Shown here: positions 55,010 to 63,406 of the stretch, one piece after another
Layout of the letters: the number at the start of each line of letters is the position of its first letter
Position numbering within the stretch: the stretch's first letter is position 1
From: a virus
DNA length: 64,000 nt
Direction: 5' to 3' (one strand)
Virus record (IMG/VR): IMGVR_UViG_3300045988_176633
Notes under the pieces: model-generated
Databases searched by the model: none
Seen by the model: the letters and a program-made list of their open reading frames with translations, nothing else
What the model was told of the DNA's origin: nothing
Translations under genes and position numbers: made by a program

Positions 55010-55535
55010 ACAAATTCTTTTTAATTTCACCCGTCTCGTCGTAATACTTTAAATATTTACGAATCCTCGGTGGTAATACATTAGGATAAACTTTTTGAAT
55101 ATTGTTTAGTATAGATAGAGCTTCTCTTACTATCAAAGCTGTGCAAATTGTAACTCTAAACCACTCAAAACCACCAATAGAAGCTCCAAGTATCTTATAA
55201 CTACTCAAGTTATGAGCAACAATTAAAGCACATCCATAACAAATGACTTTAATTAAGATCTTTTCAAATCCTTCAACGCTGAAATCTTTTTTCTTGATAT
55301 GGTGTAGAAATCCCATTAGAGTGTCAACAATCATCAAGACAACTAAGAATTTTAAAAATTCCCAGTCACCAAACACATACTTCTCAAACCAACCCACAAA
55401 AGGTGTTATCGGAATTGCGACTACTATTGGAATATAGAAGCTCATCACGTAATTTTTCACTCTATTATAAAAGTTATCGTACATATTTTCGAACTTTTGC
55501 TTAGTAACCGAATCATGTTTGAATATACTAAACAA
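55008..55535 (-). CDS. holin (phage_holin_4_1-like)
   Basis: Several TM segments. LMIVDTLMGFLHHIKKKDFSVEGFEKILIKVICYG fits the D.(I/L)(T/M)G....K......S......K motif. The track start is TTG; the first ATG is at 55484. Confidence 0.55.
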   Translation of the reverse strand: MFSIFKHDSVTKQKFENMYDNFYNRVKNYVMSFYIPIVVAIPITPFVGWFEKYVFGDWEFLKFLVVLMIVDTLMGFLHHIKKKDFSVEGFEKILIKVICYGCALIVAHNLSSYKILGASIGGFEWFRVTICTALIVREALSILNNIQKVYPNVLPPRIRKYLKYYDETGEIKKNL

Positions 55536-55574
55536 TCTCTAAAATTATATCCTACGAATTAATTTATGTGTACC

Positions 55575-55844
55575 TTATTTCTTTCCTTCTAATTTTGCAA
55601 TCTCTTTCGCTTTGGGATCACGAGCTGTAGCATAAGCTCTCATTTGAACCTCTGTCATTTGGTGCTCACTAGAATTCTTTGACTTATCACCAAACTGATT
55701 GAAATTCTCACCCAATTTATTTACACGACTAACTAAACTACTTAATCTTTCAAGATCTTTTGATGATGCATCGTCTTGCCAATTATCACCATATTTATTC
55801 ATGAGGTTTAAACGTTCTTTACTGATCTCTCCAATGATCCTCAT
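55575..55844 (-). CDS. hypothetical small protein
   Basis: 89-aa ORF. An alternative ATG lies at 55802. Confidence 0.45.
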   Translation of the reverse strand: MRIIGEISKERLNLMNKYGDNWQDDASSKDLERLSSLVSRVNKLGENFNQFGDKSKNSSEHQMTEVQMRAYATARDPKAKEIAKLEGKK

Positions 55845-56550
55845 CTTTACGATCTTTGTATTGAGCCGCTGTTACCTGACGTAACAAAGGAGCTTCTTTT
55901 TTCGAGCTCTCCATCCAATCAACTTTCAAACCATTCTCCTTCGCATATTTCATTACCTTGCTAATCCTCTTTTGAGTATCGTACATAGAGGCTTGAATTT
56001 TACCATCCTTTATATGAAAGGTTTTTTGATCGATTTTTATACTTGAAGGGATTTTCTCTGAACTTTCTTCTTTATTAGTATTTTTAATACCTTTGGGTTT
56101 TAATCTCCAGCCCTTCTCGGTCTTGATATAGAGTTTTCCACCATAAGTCTTTTCTGTACCAATAGGTTCAGCTTTACGTGCTTTTTCGATAACATCGTTA
56201 TTGACTGGCAATCCAACGATACCTTTAAAACGGTTTAATGCTGTATCAGCAAACACGATTTGTTTCGATTTCATAATTGAACCAAACTCTTCTTTTTCTA
56301 AGGGTTCAATTTGACATTCACGATAATAAACTACTGATTTAACTAAATCATTATCAACAACAATCGCACGATTCAAAGAAACAAAATCAGCGGCAGCGCA
56401 TGATTTTGAAAATTCATCCATTGAATTTTGATTGTTGATGATCTCTTGATTGAATTTCAAGACTTGATCTGCAGTGAAGGTTTCATAACCATTCTTAGCT
56501 ATAAAAGCATCGAATTCCTTTTTGGTAAACTCTTTTATCGTACCATTCAT
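55819..56550 (-). CDS. hypothetical protein, paralogue of 54423..54986
   Basis: 243 aa. See the shared blocks listed for 54423..54986. Confidence 0.55.
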   Translation of the reverse strand: MNGTIKEFTKKEFDAFIAKNGYETFTADQVLKFNQEIINNQNSMDEFSKSCAAADFVSLNRAIVVDNDLVKSVVYYRECQIEPLEKEEFGSIMKSKQIVFADTALNRFKGIVGLPVNNDVIEKARKAEPIGTEKTYGGKLYIKTEKGWRLKPKGIKNTNKEESSEKIPSSIKIDQKTFHIKDGKIQASMYDTQKRISKVMKYAKENGLKVDWMESSKKEAPLLRQVTAAQYKDRKDEDHWRDQ

Positions 56551-56606
56551 GATTCTAATGATTTTTAATTATCAAATTTTACTGTCATAAAGATCGTGGT
56601 CTTTTT

Positions 56607-57179
56607 TCAATCAACAACCAATTCTCCAAGATTATTTAACTCCAAGATACAAGTCAATAATTCGTTGATTGTCTTTGATTCTCCTAATTCTGTGGTTCTT
56701 ACCTTTAATGCTTTAGCCAAGTGAATTATAGAAACTTTCATTTTCTCAAGATCATTGATTTGCTCTTTTGAAGAAGAAAGTTGTTGTTCTAAGGATAAGA
56801 CCTTAAACTCAAGGTCTTTAATCATCTCGTCTTTGTCGATAGTATTTTCTGATTCACCTTCATCTAGGTTTTTCAACGGTTTTAATACTTTGTCACCAAC
56901 AACAAGATAACTATCTTTTTTAGGAAGTTTAGTCTCTATCACTTCTTTACCTAATTCCTCAGCTACTTCTTTTAAGACACTGATTGATCTCTTTCCTCTT
57001 ACTTCGTTTTTGACTAAATAGAGGCCTTTGAGATTTTTGACAATAGTCTTTCCTTCAATCGTGTTGATCACCGCTTTCTTTATTCCTTGTTGTTTTACGA
57101 TCTCAACAACAGTGCCAGCGTTTTTCTCTCCATTCTCATCAATAAACTTTACAACTTTCCCAGCTTTAACAAAGTCCAT
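56607..57179 (-). CDS. hypothetical protein (KOW/SH3-like N-terminus, coiled-coil C-terminus)
   Basis: 190-aa ORF. Confidence 0.5.
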   Translation of the reverse strand: MDFVKAGKVVKFIDENGEKNAGTVVEIVKQQGIKKAVINTIEGKTIVKNLKGLYLVKNEVRGKRSISVLKEVAEELGKEVIETKLPKKDSYLVVGDKVLKPLKNLDEGESENTIDKDEMIKDLEFKVLSLEQQLSSSKEQINDLEKMKVSIIHLAKALKVRTTELGESKTINELLTCILELNNLGELVVD

Positions 57180-57181
57180 AA

Positions 57182-57415
57182 TTATATCGTATTTAAATTT
57201 TTAAAACGTTTTCTTACATGATGTATCTTACTTTTAATAGTACCTAAAGGTACTTCAAAAATCTTAGAAAGCTCTTCGTAAGTATAACCATTAGCATATC
57301 CTAATATGATCTTTCTGTCCCTAGGATTGAATGTATCAAGGATTCGAATGATTGTATCATATTCTTCGTTTACTTCATTTTGTTGATCTGAATACAATTT
57401 ATTCAACTCATTCAT
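57182..57415 (-). CDS. sigma-70 region 4 (HTH) polypeptide: C-terminal half of a split ECF-like sigma factor
   Basis: RDRKIILGYANGYTYEELSKIFEVPLGTIKSKIHHVRKRF matches region 4.2. The ATG shares one base with the upstream TAA (TAATG). Confidence 0.7.
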   Translation of the reverse strand: MNELNKLYSDQQNEVNEEYDTIIRILDTFNPRDRKIILGYANGYTYEELSKIFEVPLGTIKSKIHHVRKRFKNLNTI

Positions 57416-57711
57416 TACACCTTCTTCTTCTTGACTACAAGTATCTCTCTCTTCTTAGAGGAAAGTAGGAGGTTTAAAGTACTATTTTTAGCGATAGTAA
57501 CTAACCAACTCCTTAAACCACCAGATCCTTCGTATACATATTTATCTTCAGACTTCAACGCTTTTACAAAAGTGTTTGAAACAATATCGTCTATATCTTC
57601 ATCACTTAGGTCTTGATAATATCGTTTCTTCAAGTAGTTTATTAAGAAATTCCTGTAATCATTGAAATTCTTTTCAAGATCTTTCTTTATACTAAACCCC
57701 TCCATTTTCAA
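57415..57711 (-). CDS. sigma-70 region 2 polypeptide: N-terminal half of a split ECF-like sigma factor
   Basis: DIDDIVSNTFVKALKSEDKY...LRSWLVTIAKNSTLNLL matches regions 2.1-2.4. Confidence 0.7.
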   Translation of the reverse strand: MKMEGFSIKKDLEKNFNDYRNFLINYLKKRYYQDLSDEDIDDIVSNTFVKALKSEDKYVYEGSGGLRSWLVTIAKNSTLNLLLSSKKREILVVKKKKV

Positions 57712-57738
57712 AATAAGTATGTTTGTTAATGTTATAAG

Positions 57739-58833
57739 CTAGTTAAAACTTATCAACGCTGGAATCAACCTATTCATATCATCACAATGCTTTACAACCA
57801 AATCTAACAATTTATCCATCTTTGATATATCCCGTATGGAATGTAATTTTGTAATGATCCTATTTTCAACCATCTCACAGATTATCCCATCTAACCTCAT
57901 ATTCTCGAGCTCATTTATTATCGTGAGTTTATATGATTCCCAAGATTCTTTCTGGTTTTTCCACTTCTCAACACCTTCTTCCATCTTCTTGATTTGAGAG
58001 TCATTATGATCTTTCATCTTCAAGAAAGTGATAAACCTTGTTTGCAGATATTTAGGAGTGTTATTCTTTAACTCTCTCTTGTGAAGTTTACTATAAGGAG
58101 CCCATTGTTCATAATACACGAATTTAGGTAGATTAAGCACGATATCATCACCACAAATACTTTTCACTTTATCTTCAAAGATCTTTTTCCATTCTCTTCT
58201 AGGAGGCAAATTGATTGTATTAGTCCGTGACCAATGATGTTCTCTCTTCATTCTCTCTATTTCATCTGGTTTATAATAGAAACGATCACCAAAATAAAAT
58301 CTCAATTTATGAAGGATATGTCTTACCATACACAACGATAAACCAGTATTTTTAGCGATACTAGCACATGATGAATATTCTATCTCACTGGCCCATAATG
58401 AACTACCTCTTACACCAGCTTCCTTTTTACATTCTTCAAATAAAGGACAGATTTTATGGCGAAAGTGAAAATCAATATAAAGCATCACTCTATAATCATA
58501 GTAATTAACCCGTAATGATTTGTCTTCTAACTTATGTGTCAATAGAAGATAATCAGGTAATCTCTTGATTGTAAAAGGATTGCAATCTTGCCATTCTTTT
58601 ATCTCAAAGTGTTCATCCTTATATTCAAGGATACCTTCTTCTAAGAATTCTTTAATGAAATCTCTTATTACGTGAACAGTACCTATCTTTGTATAGGCAT
58701 GGATTATATTGACAAGATCTGTTAATGATGAATAATACTTGAAACCTTGTTTCTTTGTACCTGTGAAAGTGAAGAGAATCTCTAGGAGTCTTTCTCTCAT
58801 TTCTTCTTTTCTATTAAAAACTCGTACTTTCAT
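57739..58833 (-). CDS. hypothetical protein
   Basis: 364-aa ORF. It is the first gene after the ORF-free stretch and the strong terminator. Confidence 0.6.
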   Translation of the reverse strand: MKVRVFNRKEEMRERLLEILFTFTGTKKQGFKYYSSLTDLVNIIHAYTKIGTVHVIRDFIKEFLEEGILEYKDEHFEIKEWQDCNPFTIKRLPDYLLLTHKLEDKSLRVNYYDYRVMLYIDFHFRHKICPLFEECKKEAGVRGSSLWASEIEYSSCASIAKNTGLSLCMVRHILHKLRFYFGDRFYYKPDEIERMKREHHWSRTNTINLPPRREWKKIFEDKVKSICGDDIVLNLPKFVYYEQWAPYSKLHKRELKNNTPKYLQTRFITFLKMKDHNDSQIKKMEEGVEKWKNQKESWESYKLTIINELENMRLDGIICEMVENRIITKLHSIRDISKMDKLLDLVVKHCDDMNRLIPALISFN

Positions 58834-58913
58834 TTGTTTTGTTTTTTGCGTAAAAAAACGAAGAATTTTTCAATCTACAAACTCTACATCGATTAACTGA
58901 TACACAAAAAGAA

Positions 58914-58935
58914 AAGGCCTCACTCTTGAGGCCTT
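58914..58935 (-). terminator. strong rho-independent terminator
   Basis: AAGGCCTCA / TGAGGCCTT form a perfect 9-bp stem with a 4-nt loop, followed on the minus strand by TTCTTTTTGTG. Confidence 0.8.
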
Positions 58936-59316
58936 ATTTCCTTAGTTTAACTAAAAACTCTCTAAAATTTAAAACAAAATGAAAATATTTAATAGAAAAG
59001 TTTCTTTTCTTAAAAGAGCTAATTAAAAGAATTAGAAACTCTATCTAACTACTTACATTCCCATGCTTTTGTTAGATGCTGTAAAAGTACAATCTTTTCA
59101 TTTCACTTGCAACGTTTTTACGTTCAATAGGCACTTAACAATATCATTTTCTCTTAACTAATTGATTTCCACGATTTTCGCAATTCTTTCCCTATATCAT
59201 ATTACATATAATCTATATTTACTTTATTCCTATATTAAATAGGAGTGAGAAGAATGATTATTATTTATAATATTCTACTTTAAAACGTTATAAACATGTG
59301 ATTATCAGCAACAAAA

Positions 59317-59346
59317 AAGGAGAAGAATCTCACGATCCCTCTCCTT
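59317..59346 (-). terminator. weak terminator-like hairpin
   Basis: AAGGAGA / TCTCCTT form a 7-bp stem with a 16-nt loop, followed on the minus strand by TTTTTTGTTG. Lies about 95 nt after the stop at 59440. Confidence 0.35.
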
Positions 59347-59439
59347 CAAATTAAAATGTCTATAAAACAATTACCAGACCTTATCCTGATTGCGCCTTTT
59401 AAGCAGTTGTTGACAGTGGAAAGATACTAAATCCTTTTA

Positions 59440-59898
59440 TTAAAACAACCCACAAAACCATAATAACGCTACTATGACCAAAAATATACAAAAAACAATG
59501 GTAGGATCGGTTTCTTGTTTTTCTTGTGTAGTCGTAGGATCGATCCCTTGTTTTGATTCGGTAGACTCTTCTTGTTCTATCCCAAGATATTTCTTTTTCA
59601 ATGTCTCAATCAACTCTTTGTTATGGTGGTTAGCCGTAGAATAACAAAGGTAAATCGATACGATATAAAAGAGAATAGTCGCAAATGGAAGGACAATCAT
59701 GAATTGAACTGGTCCTAAGAGTGCAAGTGATGCAATGATATATCCAAGATAACATACCAACATAATGAAAAAAGTACTTCCACTTGTATATATTAACCCT
59801 AATATACCAAAAAGGATACCTAAAATTACACTGAGAGCTACACTCTTCTTTTTCTCGTTATATTCTGCTTGATATAAAATATATTTATCCATTTCCAT
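59440..59898 (-). CDS. membrane protein (3-4 predicted TM helices)
   Basis: Hydrophobic segments include VALSVILGILFGILGLIY, FFIMLVCYLGYIIASLALLG and IVFCIFLVIVALLWFCGLF. The track start at 59931 overlaps the upstream gene. The ATG at 59898 lies 4 nt after the upstream stop. Confidence 0.55.
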   Translation of the reverse strand: MEMDKYILYQAEYNEKKKSVALSVILGILFGILGLIYTSGSTFFIMLVCYLGYIIASLALLGPVQFMIVLPFATILFYIVSIYLCYSTANHHNKELIETLKKKYLGIEQEESTESKQGIDPTTTQEKQETDPTIVFCIFLVIVALLWFCGLF

Positions 59899-59902
59899 AA
59901 CC

Positions 59903-60157
59903 TTAAAATTTTTGTGTTTCTTTCTTTCCATAATTCTTACAAAGTACTCTCAATTGAGAGTAAAAGACTTTAGTCTTTCTTGTTTGGAACCAATTGATCA
60001 ATTCTACACAAGAAGTAGACCAACGATACGTAGTCGAACTTGTCATCCTCCTGATTTCATTTTCTCTAGCTCTACCAAAATGCCAATACGTCACACTTAC
60101 TTGATAGTAACCCGATTCTTTCTTTAAGATCGAAATATCGAAATTATTGTCACTCAT
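59903..60157 (-). CDS. hypothetical small protein
   Basis: 84-aa ORF. Confidence 0.5.
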   Translation of the reverse strand: MSDNNFDISILKKESGYYQVSVTYWHFGRARENEIRRMTSSTTYRWSTSCVELINWFQTRKTKVFYSQLRVLCKNYGKKETQKF

Positions 60158-60233
60158 TTTTTTTGAATTCTTTTAAATTAATAGTTGCTACACAATTCCT
60201 TAAAGAAGTTCTATTTGTTTTACAAGCTCCAAA

Positions 60234-60416
60234 TTAAATTCTTTCATTTCTCAGCTCCTTTCTTTGTTGCTCACAATAATCATGAGCTTTTTCAAATTCG
60301 ACTATTGGACTATTTTCTGCATAAGGATTCCCTCTTAGAGGTTCGTAACCTGTCTCTTTGCATAGGTTATTATACCATTGCATCCTCTCTAATTGACCTT
60401 TTGTTTTATTTTCCAT
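60234..60416 (-). CDS. hypothetical small protein
   Basis: 60-aa ORF that overlaps the upstream gene by 11 nt. Confidence 0.4.
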   Translation of the reverse strand: MENKTKGQLERMQWYNNLCKETGYEPLRGNPYAENSPIVEFEKAHDYCEQQRKELRNERI

Positions 60417-60735
60417 GATCTGTTTTATTTTTATGATTTTTCAAGAATAAATAACCGTCAATGATACTGTTAGCGACTTCTTCTTCAGAAGGGAATAAAT
60501 CAGGAGATTTACTCAATGCTTCGTTAGCGTATCTCAATGAATCCTCAACTATAGCCATAAGTTCTGGATTCTTAATCATTAAAGAAGTCAACATATCTAT
60601 CTGTGACTTAGGATCTCCAGCTAAATAGGAGGAAGCTCTTTCGTTATCACCAATTAACGCAATCACTTGAAGTGATTTGTTAGTCTCTTGTACTACTTCA
60701 TCAATATTGATGAGCATTTTTTCAATTGCATTCAT
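60406..60735 (-). CDS. hypothetical protein
   Basis: 109-aa ORF. Confidence 0.5.
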   Translation of the reverse strand: MNAIEKMLINIDEVVQETNKSLQVIALIGDNERASSYLAGDPKSQIDMLTSLMIKNPELMAIVEDSLRYANEALSKSPDLFPSEEEVANSIIDGYLFLKNHKNKTDHGK

Positions 60736-60748
60736 ATTCTTATGTTTA

Positions 60749-60952
60749 TTATTTTAAATCCCAACCATTTTCTTTGACCCATTCTTCTAAGATCTTTTGA
60801 TCTTGTTTAGTAAATATGATCAATCCATCGTCATTGTTCTCATTAAATTGGTATATCATTGAATTGATATTAACACCATTTTCATTCTCATAGAATTCTT
60901 TCTCTTCAAAAGAGAAGAAATCATTTATTGCTCTTTTTAAATCTTCATCCAT
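60749..60952 (-). CDS. hypothetical small acidic protein
   Basis: 67-aa ORF preceded by promoter-like motif copy C. Confidence 0.5.
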   Translation of the reverse strand: MDEDLKRAINDFFSFEEKEFYENENGVNINSMIYQFNENNDDGLIIFTKQDQKILEEWVKENGWDLK

Positions 60953-60968
60953 ATTATTATTTCTTTTG

Positions 60969-61011
60969 ATTATGTCATAAAGATCAGACCTTTATTTGAT
61001 CCGAGCAACAG
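60969..61011 (-). promoter_or_regulatory. conserved bipartite promoter-like motif, copy C
   Basis: Minus strand reads CTGTTGCTCG-N16-GATCTTTATGACATAAT and ends 16 nt before the ATG at 60952. Confidence 0.5.
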
Positions 61012-61112
61012 TTTATATGTTTATTTTCGTTTTTAACGTAATTATTTTTCTTCTGATGAGAAGATAAGGATAGTATAGAAGATTGCTGGTTACATTTCTA
61101 AACAAACAAAAA

Positions 61113-61141
61113 CCAGCAAGCGATTCAAAAACACTTGCTGG
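61113..61141 (-). terminator. rho-independent terminator
   Basis: Minus strand reads CCAGCAAG-13 nt-CTTGCTGG followed by TTTTTGTTTGTTT. Lies 12 nt after the stop at 61154. Confidence 0.8.
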
Positions 61142-61153
61142 TAGAATCTATTT

Positions 61154-62347
61154 TTAAGACAGTTGGTTGTTGACGTATTCAAACAACTTATATTGGATCA
61201 TATAATCAATAGGAGAGTTCACATCGCCTTCTTTCTTTGGTTCTGGATAATCCTCAAGTCTAAGCCTAAGATTGATAAGGTCGATATCTTTTATCCTTTC
61301 TTTATCTTGATAAACCATCAAAGGCACTATTTCCCAATGAGAACCATCTTTATTGAATTTTTTAACCACTCTTTCCCAAAACTTCTTATTGTACCAAACA
61401 CCACTTGCCATAGCAAGATTATAATAAGAAGTCTCTTTGACTTTGACCCACTTACCAAACAAAGGATAGTAAACCTTATCAGCTAGGAAGATCAAAGGAT
61501 AATAAATTAATGAATACAAGAAGTTCTTGAATTTAGGAAGTTTGTTACCTGAAATCTTTTCATAGACTTTCCTAAATCCATAAGCAAAATACCAATTATT
61601 AGCACCTCTCTTCACTTTAATAGTGTTCTTGAAATGCTTATTACGGTCTTCTACACGATCCCAAGGTTTCAATTTATCTTCGTTGAAAGTAGGTACATAT
61701 GTCCAAATGTGATGAAGTTGGCTGTAATAAGGATTGTAAATCGTGTGATTGTTCTCGATTATAAAATACAAGACATTTATCAAGAACATCGAATCTTTCA
61801 AGACAGTTTTCTTAGAGAAAACAATAGGAGGTATAAGGTTCCAAACTTGATCTTGACTGATAAAAACACTGAAACAAGGATCTTCGTCTATACCTTCGAT
61901 AGAAGAACTCCATCCACTATGGATCTTCAATGTATTCCAACTATCAATATCACTAGAAGAGATATCGTCTCTTACAAAAAAGCCTGGTTCAAAAATATTC
62001 ACGATATTCCACTTCATCCTACAAGCGATATCTGCATTATGTACGAGCCTATATAGAGCATGTAAACAATTAGAATAGTTAGTTTGGGAATCACTCAATA
62101 GATAGTAAGTCATTAAATACGACAAATTGATCGTACCATCCCCTATTTCAACCCTCTTTGAATTGTTTCTCTCGTCAAAAGTCACTTTTGCTGCTGGTAT
62201 CCATGTACCATTGTGATATGGATCTTTGTCTTTCGATAGGAAGTAATTGTCGAAAATCTCTTTGTGACCATAAAATTTCTCTGATATGTTCATAATTAAA
62301 TGATTTATATTTAACATGTTATAAAGATAAGGAAGAAATTGTTTCAC
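61154..62347 (-). CDS. hypothetical protein
   Basis: 397-aa ORF. A core-only copy of the promoter-like motif (62313..62329) lies inside the first 35 nt, so the ATG at 62293 (MNISEKF...) may be the true start. Confidence 0.6.
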   Translation of the reverse strand: MKQFLPYLYNMLNINHLIMNISEKFYGHKEIFDNYFLSKDKDPYHNGTWIPAAKVTFDERNNSKRVEIGDGTINLSYLMTYYLLSDSQTNYSNCLHALYRLVHNADIACRMKWNIVNIFEPGFFVRDDISSSDIDSWNTLKIHSGWSSSIEGIDEDPCFSVFISQDQVWNLIPPIVFSKKTVLKDSMFLINVLYFIIENNHTIYNPYYSQLHHIWTYVPTFNEDKLKPWDRVEDRNKHFKNTIKVKRGANNWYFAYGFRKVYEKISGNKLPKFKNFLYSLIYYPLIFLADKVYYPLFGKWVKVKETSYYNLAMASGVWYNKKFWERVVKKFNKDGSHWEIVPLMVYQDKERIKDIDLINLRLRLEDYPEPKKEGDVNSPIDYMIQYKLFEYVNNQLS

Positions 62348-62845
62348 AACAACCTCTTCCCAAGAAACAATAATAAAATAAACTTACGTAATCATCGAAC
62401 GTATCATTTACCCTTACTACACAAAACTAAGTACTAATAAACCCTAAACAAAATCTCTTGTTTTCACAAACAAAAGGATTTCTACTCTCGAATATGAATT
62501 TATCACGTTGCAAATATAGCTATTTTATTTTGATCTATGAGTCTTTTTTGTTTTGTTTTCTTTCTTCTCTTTTGAAGAGACTTTTGAAAGTGAAGATCTC
62601 TTGATTTAGATTTCTTGATTTCGAACCAGTCTCTTCTTTCTGTCCTTTGAAAAGGAAGCTCTCTACTAACACTTGAAATCAGGAAACTCCTATCACATAT
62701 ATCACTAGACTCATCGTAATAAAATGATGATTTAGTCCATGTATCTGCTTTTTATGTCTACCATAATAATTATTTTATAAAATGTCTGTAGATACACAAC
62801 ACTATTAACTCGATAACTACTAAGATTATTGCCCAAAGGAAACAT

Positions 62846-63046
62846 TTATCGATCTTTTTCATTTTCTTTCTTTGATTTTGAATCAATTAACTTTTTCTCC
62901 CATATCAAATAAATGATCAATAAACCCATTATAGGTAACCAAGGATCATCTTTACTAAATAGGATCATTATAACAATCACTATAATCGATAGGACCACTT
63001 GTAATGCGATTCCAAAATATTCTACTATTGACTTATTTGTTTTCAT
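62846..63046 (-). CDS. small membrane protein (2 TM)
   Basis: 66 aa with hydrophobic segments ALQVVLSIIVIVIMILF and LPIMGLLIIYLIW. Confidence 0.5.
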   Translation of the reverse strand: MKTNKSIVEYFGIALQVVLSIIVIVIMILFSKDDPWLPIMGLLIIYLIWEKKLIDSKSKKENEKDR

Positions 63047-63065
63047 GTTTATACTTTTATAAAAC

Positions 63066-63102
63066 GATCCATACCAGTGAAATCACTTCTCGGGTATGGA
63101 TC
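63066..63102 (-). terminator. rho-independent terminator
   Basis: GATCCATACC / GGTATGGATC form a perfect 10-bp stem with an inner AGTGA/TCACT stem, followed on the minus strand by GTTTTATAAAAG. Confidence 0.7.
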
Positions 63103-63145
63103 TAAACTTAAAACCAATAACTATAACACTAAATCTAAAACACAT

Positions 63146-63406
63146 CTAAAGATACTTGATTATTTCAACAATTGAAAACCCATAAAAAAGAAATCTCTTA
63201 TTTCTTCCAGGTTTACCTTTAAATTTTGCTTCCCCTGAAATGAGTGTATCAATATCACTATTAGTTACGTCGTGTTTAAAAACACATCCTTCAAAAGAGA
63301 AAGATTGACTCTTGAAACCATCTCTATCGTCTAATTCGACAACCTTATAAGTACAAGATTTACCTAGACGCCTCATTTCAGTGACTGTCATTATCTTCTT
63401 GTTCAT
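63146..63406 (-). CDS. hypothetical small protein
   Basis: 86-aa ORF. Confidence 0.5.
   Translation of the reverse strand: MNKKIMTVTEMRRLGKSCTYKVVELDDRDGFKSQSFSFEGCVFKHDVTNSDIDTLISGEAKFKGKPGRNKRFLFYGFSIVEIIKYL

Noticed and set aside
57405-57440. Frameshift or read-through fusing the two sigma-factor halves
   Set aside because: AAG AAG AAG AAG GTG TAA is not a canonical slippery site. The possibility is kept only as an alternative inside the split-sigma finding, alongside a possible sequencing indel.
62620-62627. tRNA-like T-loop string (minus strand GGTTCGAA)
   Set aside because: The flanking sequence cannot form a T-stem, acceptor stem or anticodon arm. No tRNA was found anywhere in the window by eye.
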